In this document: positions 43,489 to 59,033 of the stretch, in pieces
How positions within the stretch are numbered: the stretch's first letter is position 1
Layout of the letters: each line of letters begins with the position of its first letter
NCBI GenBank assembly: GCA_012295275.1
Contig: CM022673.1
Span: 13,144,001-13,208,000, forward strand
Reading direction: 5' to 3'
Length of the DNA stretch: 64,000 nt
Origin: Chrysomallon squamiferum
Taxonomy: Eukaryota; Animalia; Mollusca
Notes under the pieces: model-generated
The model's database searches: none
The model's input: the letters and a program-made list of their open reading frames with translations, nothing else
Told to the model about the DNA's origin: nothing
Position numbers and translations under genes: made by a program

Positions 43489-44879
43489 GCTGACTTTATT
43501 TTAAATACTATATTATTATCTTTTTTAGATTAAAAAAAATAATAATAATAAAAATAAATATTTTAAATGCCAGATCAGTTTTTAATATACTCTCAACAAA
43601 AAAAATAAAAAAAAGACAAATAAATAAATAAAAATAATAAAAAAGACAAATAAATAAATTAGTAAATAAATAAATAAATAAATAAAGATTTTTATAGCAC
43701 TTACAGTTATTTTTTTTTTTCATTAATAAATATATAAATAAACAAATACATAAAAATTAGAAAATAACATCTAGTTGCTAATGGATTTTCATTTAAACTT
43801 TAAAATTTTATTTATTTATTTTATGTTTCTAAAACATTTTACACTGCATCAAACAGACACAGATAATCCTTGTTAAGTATTTAGTAAGTCATCAAAACAC
43901 AATATGTTTTAGATTTCTTTTCTTTTGAGTTGCTTTTTGTACCATTATTATTATTATATTGTTGTTGTTGTTATTATTATTATTATTATTATTACTATTA
44001 TTATTATATTGTTGTTATTATTATTATTATTATATTGTTGTTGTTGTTATTATTATTATTGCAGCTGTTGTTTTCATTCATGTTGATGTTTGTTATTTTG
44101 TTATTGTTAATATTGTTATTGTCAGTATTTTTTTTGTGATTTCTGGTCTGAGTAATAATATTAGTATTAGTATTAACTTACTTGATTTATTTTTTTTATT
44201 CACTTATTATATCTAGTATTTCTTATTTTTTTTTTAACTAATAATAATAAGAAGAAGAATAAGTATTTATTATTATTATTATTAATATTTTATTTTTATT
44301 TGTTGTTGTTGTTGTTTTTTTTATTATTATTATTATTTTATTTTTTGTTGTATTTTTTTTTTATTTTACTTTTCATAGCTATTAATTTTTTAAATCCTAA
44401 CAATGTCACAAAAAAGCTATTTATACTCAGTTCTTTGTCAGTTAAAGAAAAAAGAATTAAGAAAAAACATAAATATTTTAAATACCAAAATCAACATTAA
44501 TATTTTTTTCTAAATCACACCTCCTAAAAAATGTTATTAACCAAAAAAATGAAATTAAAATATTTGTGACATTTTTTTCCTTTAAAAAAATGAACAATAG
44601 GTTATTAATTGTATTTTCACACCTATATTTAGAATAGAAACAAATGGATTTATTTGTATCTTGTCTTATTTTCTTTTCAGAATTTTTTTTTCTTAAATTC
44701 AAAATTCTATTGAAATACAGTAGAAAGATTTTCACAAATATTAATGGAAAAAGTTTTTGTTTCCTTAATATCTGATTTACTTCTGTTTTTCTTTAATATT
44801 ATTAATATTTTTATTTTAATTTGTGTGTGTATATATAACCACCACTGTTGCTACTTTTAGCACTACTGCTGCTAATATT

Positions 44880-44906
44880 AATAACAATAACAATAATAAT
44901 AATAAC

Positions 44907-44983
<77 letters not shown>

Positions 44984-45012
44984 AATAATAAAAATAATAA
45001 TAATAATAATAA
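44880..45012. repeat. Compound (AAT)n/(AAC)n microsatellite
   Basis: Direct reading. Confidence 0.9.
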
Positions 45013-47039
45013 AAAGAAGAACTGTTTTAACAAAAATAAAGGATATTCTCCCTAAACTTTCATTAAAAAAAAATTAATCTGTTATCTAACAAGATCAAAA
45101 GGGTTAACTGGATGAAAAACAAGGGTTAATCAAATACTGCTATCTACACAAGCGAACCCCCACCTCTGTTTTATCTGTCGCAGGCTTTGCTTGTTTGTGT
45201 GTGTGTGTGTTTTGAAGATAGCATCAGCTGATTTAACCCCAGGTGAAGTTAACAGTGAAAAAAGTGCTACAATCTTGTTAAGAGATAAAAACTACAAGAC
45301 GATCATAGACAGACAGGGTTGAGAGAAAATACGCGAAATGGGAGGGAGACTTAGGGAGAGGTTGTGAGGAAAGGAAGGAGTGAAAGAAAGAGATGGAGGT
45401 GAAGATAGAGAGAAAGATAGAGACTCATGTAAAAAGGAAATGTGATAGAATTTCAAAGAGAGAGAGAAAGATAAAGTCGTGTGAATAAAAAGAGAAAATA
45501 AGATAAAAATTCAAACCAAGAGATACAGAGAACAAGAATAAAAAAGAGAAAGAGTGAGACAGACGAGAGAGAGAAAGGATTATAGCGAGAGTAAAACTGG
45601 AAGACAGAAGGAGTGAGAGAAAGAAAGAATGATAAAAACAGTAATACCACTGAGTAATCTCTTTTGTAATAATAATAATAACTATAGCAACAGTGACAAC
45701 AACAACTACAACATCAATAATAATAACAGAATATATCTATCATTTACATCAGTATCAGCATCATTACAAAAATAACCAAATTCAATGAAAAATCTCCAGA
45801 TCAAAAAAACAAACTGTTATTTATTTATTATTTTCAAAACCTCACACATTCAGTACTTTCTAGAATATTCTGAACTTAATAAAACAAAAAAAAAAAAAAT
45901 ATATGAAAAACTAAACAACAGAAATGTTAACAAAAAGATACCATCAATTCCTGAACAAGAGAAACTTTAAGAATCTAGTCTGACACAGTTAATTATTTGT
46001 TCCACTTGATTCTCTAGTTTCTATTTCTGTAACTTGATTAGATTACTAACTAACTGAAGCTTTTCATTCTCCTTCACTTGCCTAACAACGTTTTCCATCC
46101 AACTGAACCCATATTATAAACTCTTTGATTAAACCTGCATGAACAGATGTAATTATATATAACACTGACCGGTGTGGAATACAGTTAGTATGTTCCAGAA
46201 CACAGAGGGATACTTTCTGTATCTTATAGAACATGATGACGACCAATGTAGTATCTTATAGGAAAAATTACTGGCCAAAATAGGATACAATAAGTGTCTT
46301 ATAGATCATAGTACTGATTGAAATAGTACTGTGAAGAACATAATATTGAAAAAATGCAATATATGTGTTATAGAACATAACAGCATAAAATAGCATGTAT
46401 TTTTTGTGTAAAATATAGGCTTATGTATGTAGCATAATCAAGTATGTATGTGTGAGTTGTATACATTTTATACACACACACACACAGAGAGATATACATA
46501 CACACATACATGTTGCATTATGTCTACATATATATCTGTAGTATATAAATTTAATATCTATGAATCTACCTAAATACCTTTTATTTACATTTCTATTAAA
46601 ACTTTATCTTTTTTTTTTTTATGAATATTTATATAAGAAAATAACAAAATGCAACAAGTTTTTCTTTTCACTTTTATTTCTTTTTAATAAAAATCTTAAA
46701 AGAAATTTTATTTCAAAGAAAAATTGGATGATATATTAAAATACAAAATACTATTGTTAAAACATAAATTTAAAATTTTTATGTAATGATACAAAGTATT
46801 GTGCAATAATAGTTTAATAATTCATGTACTTTGTTCCCTGTGATTCAGAAACATTTAAAATAACCCAATAAAAAAAAAAAAAAATTCAATTTAAATTTAA
46901 ATTAGAAGTTGTTTATCGCATATTTCTTAAAAGGAGATATTCTGAATCATTTTAATTTATGATATCATACATCTACGACATTTCAACTGAGTGTATGAAT
47001 CACATAGAGGGAGAAAGAGGGAGGAAAGGGATAAGGTGG

Positions 47040-47053
47040 GGAGAGAGAGAGAG

Positions 47054-47146
<93 letters not shown>
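47040..47146. repeat. (GA)n microsatellite
   Basis: Direct reading. Confidence 0.9.
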
Positions 47147-47148
<2 letters not shown>

Positions 47149-47647
47149 TCTCTACCATACTTTCATATATCTTACACTTAGATAATTACTATTAATACTA
47201 ATGGATGGTGGGATCAAATCTTGGACTATCAAGGTAGCAATGTTATTGTTATTCCCACTGCTGTTGTTACTGTATAAATCATCCCTAAAATAAAGTGTAA
47301 CATCAATTCTAGTAAAACTGTGCAGACTTCCCTGGAAAGCATTTTTAAAGAAGACTGGCTTATTGTGAAAAATCAAGTAGCTGGAAAAAAAATATATATA
47401 TTCATGAGCACCACCCTCTACTAACAGTGTATGGACCTCCCTACAACATACCATTTGAAAACTAGACTGTTTGCTGTTAAATATAAAGGGATAAGTTACA
47501 CGTACAGGTTAATATACAACATCTATTAAAATTATTTCAAAGTCACATGATCTGTGCCTTTCTACAGGTGGCAATAATAAATATCAATAAAGTCAATATA
47601 ACTAGAAAGATCCAACAAATAAAGGTTTAATAGATTATAAAAAAATT

Positions 47648-47684
<37 letters not shown>

Positions 47685-47769
47685 ATGACCAATAAAGATA
47701 AAGAAAAAAGATGTACAGTAAATGTTTGAGAAAAATTATTTATAGATGATAAAATGAAATTTCTGTTGT

Positions 47770-47806
<37 letters not shown>

Positions 47807-47835
47807 TTTTCATCATCTTCAGTTTTATTTATGGT

Positions 47836-48680
47836 CCCATATCTCTTTGTATTCCTTCCTACATCCCACTGTTCTCAATCCTGTATCCTATTTTCTTCAA
47901 TCCTGCTTCCCATTATTTTCTATTCCATATCTGCTATTTTCAGTTCCATTTCCCATTACCTTCAATCCAATATCCCATTTTCCTTAATCCTATATCCCTT
48001 TATCTTCAATCCCATATCCCATATTCTCCAGTGCTATTTCCCATTTCCTTCAGTACCACTTCCCATTATCTTCAGTACTATTTCCCATTATCTTCAGTAA
48101 CACTTCACATTATCTTCAGTACTATTTCCCATTATCTTCAGTACCACTTCCCATTATCTTCAGTACTATTTCCCATTATCTTCAGTAACACTTCACATTA
48201 TCTTCAGTACTATTTCCCATTATCTTCAGTACCACTTCCCATTATCTTCAGTACTATTTCCCATTATCTTCAGTAACACTTCACATTATCTTCAGTACTA
48301 TTTCCCATTATCTTCAGTTACCATTTCACATTTCAGTACCACTTCACATTATTTTCTATTGCATTTCACATTTTCTTCAGTCCTATTTCTTATTATCTTT
48401 AGTCCCATTTTCCATTATGATCAATACCATATCTTATTATCATCATTACCATATCCCATTATCATCAATACCATATTCCATTATCATCATTACCATATCC
48501 CATTATCATCAATACCATATCCCATTATCATCATTACCATATCCCATTATCATCAATACCATATCCCATTATCATCAATACCATATCCCATTATCATCAT
48601 TACCATATCCCATTATCATCAATACCATATCCAATTATTTTCTATTCCATTATCCAGGGTTATTCTGTTATCCATTCAGT
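47836..48680. repeat. 22-bp minisatellite with two homogenised sub-arrays
   Basis: tcccattatcttcagtactatt-type units at 48061-48320 and cccattatcatca(a/t)taccatat-type units at about 48410-48632, with degenerate flanks. Confidence 0.95.
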
Positions 48681-49073
48681 CTTCCACTTCTTGCAATCAA
48701 GACACTTTCAAATCACCTGAGTCCAGCCAAGCAAGGACAATGTCCAGCAATAAAACTTGACCTCCACGATGGTGGTGACAAAACAGTCTGGCCACTACGA
48801 GTCTCACCGGAGCGATTGGTCAGTGCAAATAGCCGCTGGTCCGAGGATTACCGTGTTTGTTGCATTGTCGGAAACTCTGACCACCTACTGTCATATCAAC
48901 TGCGCAGAGCTGGGCTCCACAGTCCTGTTCAAACAGTGTAATGGCTTCTTTGCATTGTCTTGTGGACTAAGAGATTTCCTGGGTTTAGTCAGCACTGGCT
49001 GGTGTTAATGGTATTAACAGTCCGAATACCATTAGCTACACGTCTGGCTTTAAATGTACAACTTGCATTAATA

Positions 49074-49114
49074 TTCACCTGCACCTGGTTCACCTGCACC
49101 TGGTTCACCTGTCA
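49074..49114. promoter_or_regulatory. Cluster of five CACCTG E-boxes (15-bp unit x2.5)
   Basis: CACCTG at 49076, 49082, 49091, 49097 and 49106, next to the CpG-retaining island at 48720-49050. Confidence 0.4.
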
Positions 49115-51297
49115 GTCCATTTAGTTTCAATGTGGGTACTTTTACATGTGTTAAGAATTTGAAAATTTTGTCTTATTTAAAAAAAAAAAAAAAAAAAAAA
49201 GAAAATTAAAAAAAATGTTTGATGTTGAAGTGATTAAAAGTGTGGATGTATGAACAACGAGACTGAAGTATGAAAGTAGTTGATATTTTTTCTCAGCTTT
49301 GTTTGAGCTGGTTGATATTTCCTTTTGTACTTAGTGAGAGAGTAAAAATGTCTATAATAGAGAAGTGGTTTAAAGGTTAAAATAAAAATAATGTTGTGTA
49401 GTGGACGGATTTTTAAAATGTCACCACAGAGTTTTTATTTTAATGGGGTCTTTTGGGGTTTTTTTTTTTTTTTTTTTAGTCAGCCATCTTGTGTGGGCTT
49501 TTTATTGTTAAAGAGTCTGAACAGTGGACAAGAGCAGAAATGAAAGCAATATTATATGACAACAAATAATAGATGATTTCTCCTTTTTCTTTAAAACCCT
49601 TTTTTTTTCTTCTTTTTTTTTTTCAAAAATCCAATTTTAAAACATATTTCATTTACATAATTGTGAGAGAGAAAAAAAATGTATAATAGATTTGTTTTCC
49701 AAAAATTTAATTATCTTTATTTTTAGTTTGATAAATGCCTTTTTAGAGATTTTTTTTTTCCCCCTTTAAACTTTAATTATTTAAATTTTCTTAATTATTT
49801 TTGAAATCTTTGTGGTTTTGGGTTGCTTTTTGTTTTTTGTCTTTTCTTTTTAATTGATTGGTCTGTGAGATTTTTTTTTTTTTAAATTTATTAGTTAAGT
49901 GCTGTGTTTTTTGTTTTTCAGATATTTGTATTTAGTAACTAAGAATCTTGCAGTTGTTATGTAATAGTAGTTGATATGTGAATTGTGACAATTAATTTTA
50001 AAAAGAAATGAGTAAAAATCAACACCATGTAATAATTATACTTATCACAGATTTATAATCTAAACCAAACACTTTATGTAAAAAAAATTATAATCTACTC
50101 CAATAGTACATTTTGTGTAATTTAAAACAGTACTGTATTTTATTAAGAAAAAGTCATTATCTACATTAATGACTATATGTAGAGATAATTATAATCTAAA
50201 CCACATAATTTATAATTGTTCATATACATTTTTAAATTCCCACTTTTTAAAACATTTATGTAAAAACTATTTAAAATAACAAAACTGTTGAAAATTAAAT
50301 TTAACTGTTGTTATTTGTCAATTCCAATTTTCAAAGAAATGTCATTTTTTTTATTATTATTATTTTATTTTATTTTTACTTTTATTTATTTATTTATTTT
50401 TTTTTTTAAAATCTTATTTATTTATTTTATTTTCAATTTTCTTTTTTTGTTACAGAAAAATAAATTAATATTTTTTATAAAAAAATAGCTGAAAAAAAGG
50501 AAAAAAATCAATGGCAGAAGATCAAAGAAAATGATTTTTTTTTTTGAAGTAATAAAAATGACATCAGAATCAATTTACATAAAGTAAAGGTTTAAAATAC
50601 AGTAATTCACTTTATATTTCTTCTTTTTTTTTTTTCCCTTTCTTTCTCATAAACTTTGAAATTCAATATATCAGACATTAACTTATATATATCACACTTA
50701 ATTTTTTATTAAATTTTAATATCTGAATTTAAAAAAATATAAAATTTATTAAAAAAAAATCACAATATTAATAAGTGAAGTTAAATTACAAATTTTTGGG
50801 ATCCAGATTAGAAATTATTATTTTAGTTTCATTTTAATTTAATTTTAATTTTAATTTTTTTTTATTGTAGTTTTCTGAACTTGACTTGGGTTGTGTCTCA
50901 CAACACAGTTTTTTTAAATTTTTTTACTCATTAATGAAAAAAAAAAAAATTAGAACTGGACAGGTCAAGTGAAAAAAGTCATTGGTTAATGGATCATTAC
51001 AGACAGAAGACCTAATTAAATAACGTTTTTTATTTTATTTTATTTTTTTTTTAAAGTAATCAGGCACATTTAACTAACAAATAAAAATGTTATAGAAATA
51101 TTTGATTTCCATCGTTAAGAAAGATTCATTCTTTTTTGGTTTTAACTGCAGTCAGTGTGTTGTGGATGGAAAGACTGATGGAAAAAGTGGATGGATGGAC
51201 AAATGGATAAATGAAAGAATGATGCTTTACTGGATTGACGAATGAATGGCAAGATACAGAAACTGATGGGTTGAGGGAAGCAGGGACAAACCAAAGA

Positions 51298-51745
51298 ATG
51301 AATGGATAGATGGATGGATGGATGAATGGATGGATGGATGGATGGATGGATGGATGAATGGATGGATGGATGGATGAATGAAAGGATGAATGGATGGATG
51401 GATGGATGAATGAATGGATGGACGGATGAATGTATGGATGAATGAATGAATGGATGGATGGATGGATGGATGAATGAATGGATGAATGGATGGATGGATG
51501 AATGGATGGATGGATGAATGGATGGATGGATGAATTAATGAATGGATGAATGGATGGATGGATTGATGAATGAATGGATGGATGGATGGATGGATGAATG
51601 AATGAATGGATGGATGGATGAATGGATGAATGGATGGATGGATGGATGAATTAATGAATGGATGGATGGATTGATAAATGAATGGATGGACAGATGGATG
51701 GATGGATGAATGAATGAATGGATGGATGGATGGATGGACAGATGA
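51298..51745. repeat. (GGAT/GAAT)n tetranucleotide array
   Basis: About 450 bp of mixed TGGA/TGAA units. Confidence 0.95.
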
Positions 51746-52554
51746 GTGAAGAAATGAACATATGTTGTAGAGACAGACTGTCAGACAAATATAACTTTTT
51801 TTTCTGCTAAGTATTACTGAAAAAAGCGAATGAACTGTTGGCTCCCGAACTGGTTGAGTTCACAGATGTTATCAGAAACACATCTCTGGTGAAGCAGCGA
51901 CAGTGCCTTCGTGTGCCAGCCCAGCACACAAAACCTTCCTTTCTCTCCTGCGTTAATTCTCTTCGTTAGACGCAAATGAACAAATTACTACAATTTGACA
52001 CCCGTCTGAATAATTGAAACAGTTTGTCGCAGCCCGATAAATTATTCAAACAACCCGAGCTGGAGAATCGTCGTCCGTGTGCAGCTGAATGCAGTATACA
52101 GCTTGTACTTTCTGGTGCATTCTAGTAATTGCTGCATCTTAATAAAGCTACAGAGGTTTTTTTTTTTTTTTTTTTGGCTTTCAAAGCTTTCTCATGCAGA
52201 TGAATCTAATTGATGTTTTAAATAATTCCCATTGTTCACGATGTTTTTTTCACAGATCATGAAACGCAGGGTGTCGGAATGAATGGTTAATAGATTTACG
52301 TTGTTCTGTTTTTATGCGAGATTGAGTCTGGTCTGCAAAATGAAAATTAAATTTACTGGAAGTTTTTTTTTATTTGTTTATTCATTTTTCCTTATTGGTA
52401 TTTTGAAGAAATTTAATTTAAATTTGTTCCAGACACAGATCAAGGATTTTTGAAAAATGTTTATTAATTGTTGAAATGAGATAGGTGTTAAATATAATGT
52501 TAGTAATAATGCAATGATTTAAAATCATAAAAATAATAAAAAATAAAAAAAAAA

Positions 52555-52607
<53 letters not shown>

Positions 52608-53185
52608 TAATAATAATAGATAATTCAAATAATAATGATAATTATAATTAATTCAGATTGATACAGCTATATTTATAAATAGAATGCCTCTTTGACTGAA
52701 GCAAAAAGTCTACAGGTGAGACAAATTCTACTTCTCTAAACTTAAAGAAATATTTAGTGATGGATTCTATAAAATGACTGATGAAAATTTTGATTACATT
52801 TTAATGAAATAGTTGAAATCTACTTCAAGCTAATAAAGTGAAAATGTGTAAATTAGAAAATGAGAAATGACACAGAATATTATATATAAACTGACTGAAG
52901 CAAATACTCTGTAGGTGAGATGATGAGTCATGACAATATAAAACTGAACTTAATCACTTGTCTGTAGATGACACTAAGACACTGAGTTAAAGAGAGAAAT
53001 AATGAAGGGTCAAATCAAATAGACAAAAAGATAGACACAGAGAGAGAGAGCGAAAGAAAAAAACCAAAAGAAAAAAACCAAAAGAAAAACGTGTATGTCT
53101 GTGTATAATAATGTCCATATCTATGTGCATACATGTGTTGACATCTGTGTGTGTGTCTGTGTGTGTGTGTGTATGTGTGGGTGTG

Positions 53186-53235
<50 letters not shown>

Positions 53236-53715
53236 TACACTCTATAACCTTGTTTATAATTGTTTCGCCACAACACAAGGACAATGGAAGTGTACAACAA
53301 ATTGATCATTTATCAACTGATCTGAATGGTCAGTGCTGACCACTGGTCACAGGTGTGGTCAGGTAATTATTTCTGCAGTAGGATCAGCTTTCAGAATGGA
53401 TTGTATGTTTTCCTGACAATGGAGACAACAGTGGGCAAAATTAATAAAAATAATTTAATTCTGCTAATCACACTGGTCTGTGTAATCTCCAATTATGTTT
53501 TGATCTTTGTTAATGATAATATTTATGTATTTGTTTAATTTCTGTGATATCGAACTGAATGGAAAGAATCCAAGAAAACAAAATACTTGTATATATACTT
53601 ATGTTAATCAAAATAAGATAAGATAAAATAAATAAATAAAAAATAAATAAATAGAATAGAAAATAATAAAAATAATAATAAAATAATAAGTAAATAAATT
53701 AATAAATTAATATAA

Positions 53716-53754
<39 letters not shown>

Positions 53755-54350
53755 ATACATAAATACTAAATAAATAAATTACTTTATTTTATTTTAACAT
53801 AAAATTTAAAAACATAAAACAAATAAATACAGATTTAAAGCAGTAACAGATATTTAAACAAGTAAATAATTGAATTCAACAAACCAAAAAATACAAGTGT
53901 GATAATAATAAAAATAAATAAATAAAGAAGGACAGAAATGCAGAAAAATAAACAAAAAAATTAATAAAACACATAATCATATTTACAGACAATCCATATT
54001 TTCAGAAACTAAAAGCGACATAAAAAAAATGGTAAAAAAATGTTTATAGTAAACTGACTGAAATCAAATTGTCTTGTTGTAATATAATAGAAAATATAAA
54101 GAAATAAAATCTCTGCATATCAGTTACAATTAGTGACAAAAAGATTTAAATTGCATTAAGATAAGAGTTTTATAATAAATTTATTCTGTTCAATACAAAA
54201 CAGTTTAGAACAAAAAAAAAAAAAAATAAAAGAAAAGAATGAAAACAAAGGAACAAAGAAAGGAAGAATGTAAAAAAAAAAGAAAAAAAAAAATACCAAT
54301 AACAATAATAACAATAATAATAATGATAATAATGATACATAATTATAATT

Positions 54351-54382
<32 letters not shown>

Positions 54383-55996
54383 TATTATTATTATATAAAA
54401 TCCAGGTAATAAATAAAAATTAAACAAAAAACACCAGTAAATTTAAGTCAGTAAATACTTAAACAAATTCAAACTCTTATCATTAAGATAAGTCGTGTTG
54501 TTGTAGTTTTGTGGGTTTTTTTTTTTTCAAATCAAATTTTGCTGGCAAATCTCACACTCACACAAAATTACAAACGTACAAGTCCGTGTGAAACCCACTG
54601 AACCAACAAACCTGGGGTTTTTTCTGTGATTACAAAAAGTCATTTCAAGTGGAAAGAAAAAAAAAAAGAGAGAGAGAGAGGAAAAAAAGGAAGCTGGTTT
54701 CCATTAAAGTAGTTTTACACAAAAAGCAGGCAAGTGAAAACTACTGGGAAAAGGTGACAGGAAAAAGGTGATTAAAAAAGGAAAAAAAAGAAAAAGAAAA
54801 ATAAAAAAGATGGTGATATCTATGTTATTTATTCCTTTTTTGAAATTTATTTTATGTCATTAAATTGTTGTTTTTGTTGTTGTCATTGTTGTTATTATTA
54901 TTCTTGTTGTTGTTGAGTTGTCATTGTTTTTATTATTATTAATATTACTATTGTTATTATTGTTGTTGTTGTTGTTATTATTATTAAATACTGATTACGA
55001 TTTAATAATTAATTCATTCATTAGTTAAAAATAAATATGCTAAAATATCAAACCAGATTTTAAACAAATTTAACTAAAAGAAAACCACCAAAACCCCATG
55101 TTATGAAAAATATAACACAAATTCTTAAATTTATAAAAATAAAATAAAAAAATATTAATATTAAAACACAACTCAAAAAAACCACAATAACATGAAAACT
55201 AGCTTTTAAAAAAATATATATATATCAGCCAAACAAAAGAGCCAATTACACTGTTATTTATAAACTATAAAGCAAAATGATAGGATTTCCTATCCGTGTC
55301 CAATTTTACAATAAATCCCCTATTATCAGCATGTAGATTATTTTTCCATTATTTTCACATTTGTGATTATCTCTCTCCCATGTTTCACACACTCAGAGGT
55401 TAAAAGGACAAATGAACTCCGATGGAGAAGATGTATGTGTTACAATGGTGACAGTATTTGTGCACGTTATTTTTGTCGTTCTGTTTCAGTACTTTCAAAT
55501 GAATAAATATTAACACAGATCATTAAAGGGTTTAATAGCAAATCTCTCTATATATAACTACCTATCTATCTCTCTCTTTATTTATCTACCTATCTCACTA
55601 TGTCTATTTCTATCCGTTTATATATCTACGTGTCTATATTTGTCTGTCTATCAATATATGTCTCTCTTTGTATACCTATCTATATATCTATGTCTGTCTA
55701 TCTCTCTGTCTATTTATCGTTTTCCATCGCACTCTTTCTCTCTCCTGTACTCACTGTATCCCATTTTCTTTATACATTTCACTAACAAACTAGTATAAAA
55801 TATCTTGTTACTTTCTCCATTCTGACACAGTCTCTCTGATAATCTATAAATGCTTATCAGTCATTATTATTATTTGTTTGCATGTACATACACACATTGA
55901 CCAATATATACATATTGATACGAGTTCAGACTAGCACATACATTCAGAGATATATTTGCTCATAAAGACACCATGACATTTGTAACACACATAGTG

Positions 55997-56030
<34 letters not shown>

Positions 56031-57681
56031 TACACACACACACACAGACATACACATGCAGACAATACACACAGACAATACACACACACACACACATACA
56101 AACACACAGACTATATGTACAATCCAGCCTTTCTCAGAACATCTCTGACAAGATATGAATTTCTCACAGAATCTTGTTGAATTAAGACCCTAGTAAGAAT
56201 CTAATCAGACCTCAAAATACTTTGTCATTACCTCTAGACAATCACATCAGTTTACAACAATTCCATTATTCCAAAACAAAATTAAAAATCTCATCATGTT
56301 ACCACGGAAACCAGCAAGTGCACCAAGTTCAAAAGAATTTTTTGTTTTGTACTCGTTTTGTAAATCAGTTTTAACATTTTTGTTATGATCTAATTAGAAA
56401 ATTTCTGGATTCAGAAAAAAAAAAAGGTGTTTAATTCACACTTTCACTGGTTAAAAAAAGACTGAAAAATAATTTTAAAAAAATCATTCTCCTAATTATT
56501 TCACTGTAATCAGGTATCAAAACTGATTATGTTTTGAAATATATATATATTTCTGGATTGGGAAAAATATGCAAAATACAAGTTAGATTGGGAAAAAAAA
56601 CTGAATTAAAAAAAATATAATTATATTCTGAAAGTTTTTCTTGAATTGTTTTCATTATGATGTGGCTGCTACATTAATTAAAGTTTTAAAATAACTATGT
56701 GTTTGGATTAGGAAAAAGTAAAAAAACAATATGAATTAGATTGGGAAAACAATTAAAATTTTGTTTTTATACAATTATGTTATGGATATCATTTTTCATT
56801 TAAAAAAAAAAAAATCAAGTTTTATTGTAATGTTACTGAAATACAGGAATTATTTGAGAATGTTTGAAATTTAACAAAATATCATACAGAAAGTTACAGA
56901 TTTTATTATTTGTATAAGCATACATATTTACATGATCACCATATTTACACAATACTGTCTAACTACAGATTTCATATTTACACGTTTTTACTTCAGGAGA
57001 ATGTCTATACTTTCATTATTATGTGTGTTTTTTAAAACAAAATACTGACTACAAAAATATGTACATTTTATGATTTAAACAGTAAATTAAAATACAAGGG
57101 TTAATGAATAACCATAAAACATTTTTTCTTCTTTGTCTAGTAAAAAACTAATGACAGTCAGTTCATCTTGGGGCATGTAACTGAAAAAACAGCTTGTAAA
57201 TCACAAGAGGAAATTAATTTTTAAACTTTCTTTCTCACTGGAGATTTCTCCAAGGGAGATAAGTGGACAGTTATTTGCAAAATGATGGATTGTAACTGGT
57301 TAATACAAGATGTTTTGGTAGTCAGATTTTAAGTAATAACTGAATAGAGGGGTGACAAAATAGCAGTTGTTAGTTGTTAAGATAATAGTATCAGAGGATT
57401 TCTCTATTTACAGTGGATCAAGGGATCAATCCTCATAAGAAACCATTTTTTAAAATATTTTTATTTGTAGTCTTGGCATAATTTACGTATTAAAAAACAT
57501 TTTATGCATTTTCAAAATTTCAGCATGATTTTTATAAAATGATGTGGTATGTATCGCACTGCTATGAGAAATGTATACGAAGGATTCTTTGATGGTAAAA
57601 CAGAATAGTTTTCTGAGAAATTATAAATATATTTTACAACAACTTGAAATGATAAATATGATTTTGCACTGGCAAGGTTAT

Positions 57682-57770
57682 TGAGGAAACTGACTATTTC
57701 TAGAAGAGGGGTTACTCCTACCAGTTAGTAGCAAGTGATATTTTTATATGCACCTTCCCATATACAACAA
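57682..57770 (-). mobile_element. Degraded SINE fragment, same family, inverted
   Basis: gaggaaac...ggggttactcctaccagttagtagcaagtgatatttttatatgcaccttccca; the reverse complement aligns with 2858-2900. Confidence 0.5.
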
Positions 57771-59033
57771 AATAAATATTACTATTTGTAGAAATAATAG
57801 TAAGAATAATACTGCAGTTACTGCTCTCGTTATTGCTTTTGCTGTTGTTGTTTCTTTTTTCTTTTAATTCTAAGACATTTTTAAAAACATTAAGGAATCC
57901 TCTGGTACTATTATCTTAATTGCTATCAGTGATAAATGAGATTTCTCAGTACAGTGTAGAAAAAAAAACCCTACAAAAAATAAAAACACAGAAAACAAAA
58001 TAGATAAAAAAAAAAAAAAAAATCCAAACAAAAAGTCCCATAAAACTAAGTTGAAAAAAACAAACAAATAGTAAATACAAATGCACAAAACACAAATGTG
58101 TGATATGAAATATTGAAAATGTTGACTCTGAGGTGTTAAAACAAGGATAAAACAACACCCAGGTGGTAGATACCTCTCTGACTAAACACATTTATTTCCT
58201 TTCCAGTGAAACTTGAGACAAATAATTCAGAAAATTGTTGTTCTCATCTTGATTTGAACATTAAAAAAAATATATATACTTAGTCTGAACAAAAGCGCAA
58301 ACATGGAATGATTCATGTCAGAATGATAGATCGAAAAACCAAGATTTACTTTAAAAAAAATAATAATAATAATAATTTGTAGTTTATTTTCTGACATCTG
58401 TAAATAATTTAAAATATATATATATATATATAATAAATTATAAATGTTTTTTTTTTTTTTTTTAAATTAAAGGTTTTGAAATGAAAGAGCATAAAGTAAT
58501 GAAACAAAACATAAAAAAATTAATTATTTTTTTAATCTTTTTCTTTCACCTTATAACAGCTCATATTTATCAAATTTACAGCAAGTATAAATAGCCACAC
58601 ATTTGATAAATAATTTTCCCATGATTCAACACGACACAACAATGGATGTGGGATCATGATCCAGCCTTCTATAGCTGGGATTACTCTAAAACCAAATAAC
58701 ATATCCGAAATCTGCATATCACTTACAGACAGACACAAAAACTGAATGACAGTCAACTCTTAACTTTGACAATCAGTCAGCCATTTTTTTTTTACTTGGT
58801 GGAGGCAGCCATATTGAATTTCATCCTTGTTTTTTCCTTCTTTTTTACAGCCAAGGAACAGGCACCCAGGCTCATCCATCTTTTTGTGAGCGGTAATTAT
58901 CCAAGGAAGGAGGAGGTTCCCGCTGGGCGGAGTGACAGCCAGGGGCAGGGTCATGTGTTAGGTGTGAAAACTGATGTGACGATTAGAGTAGAGTCAGTCA
59001 AACTCCCACTGTGTGACAAGTAACTACAGACAG

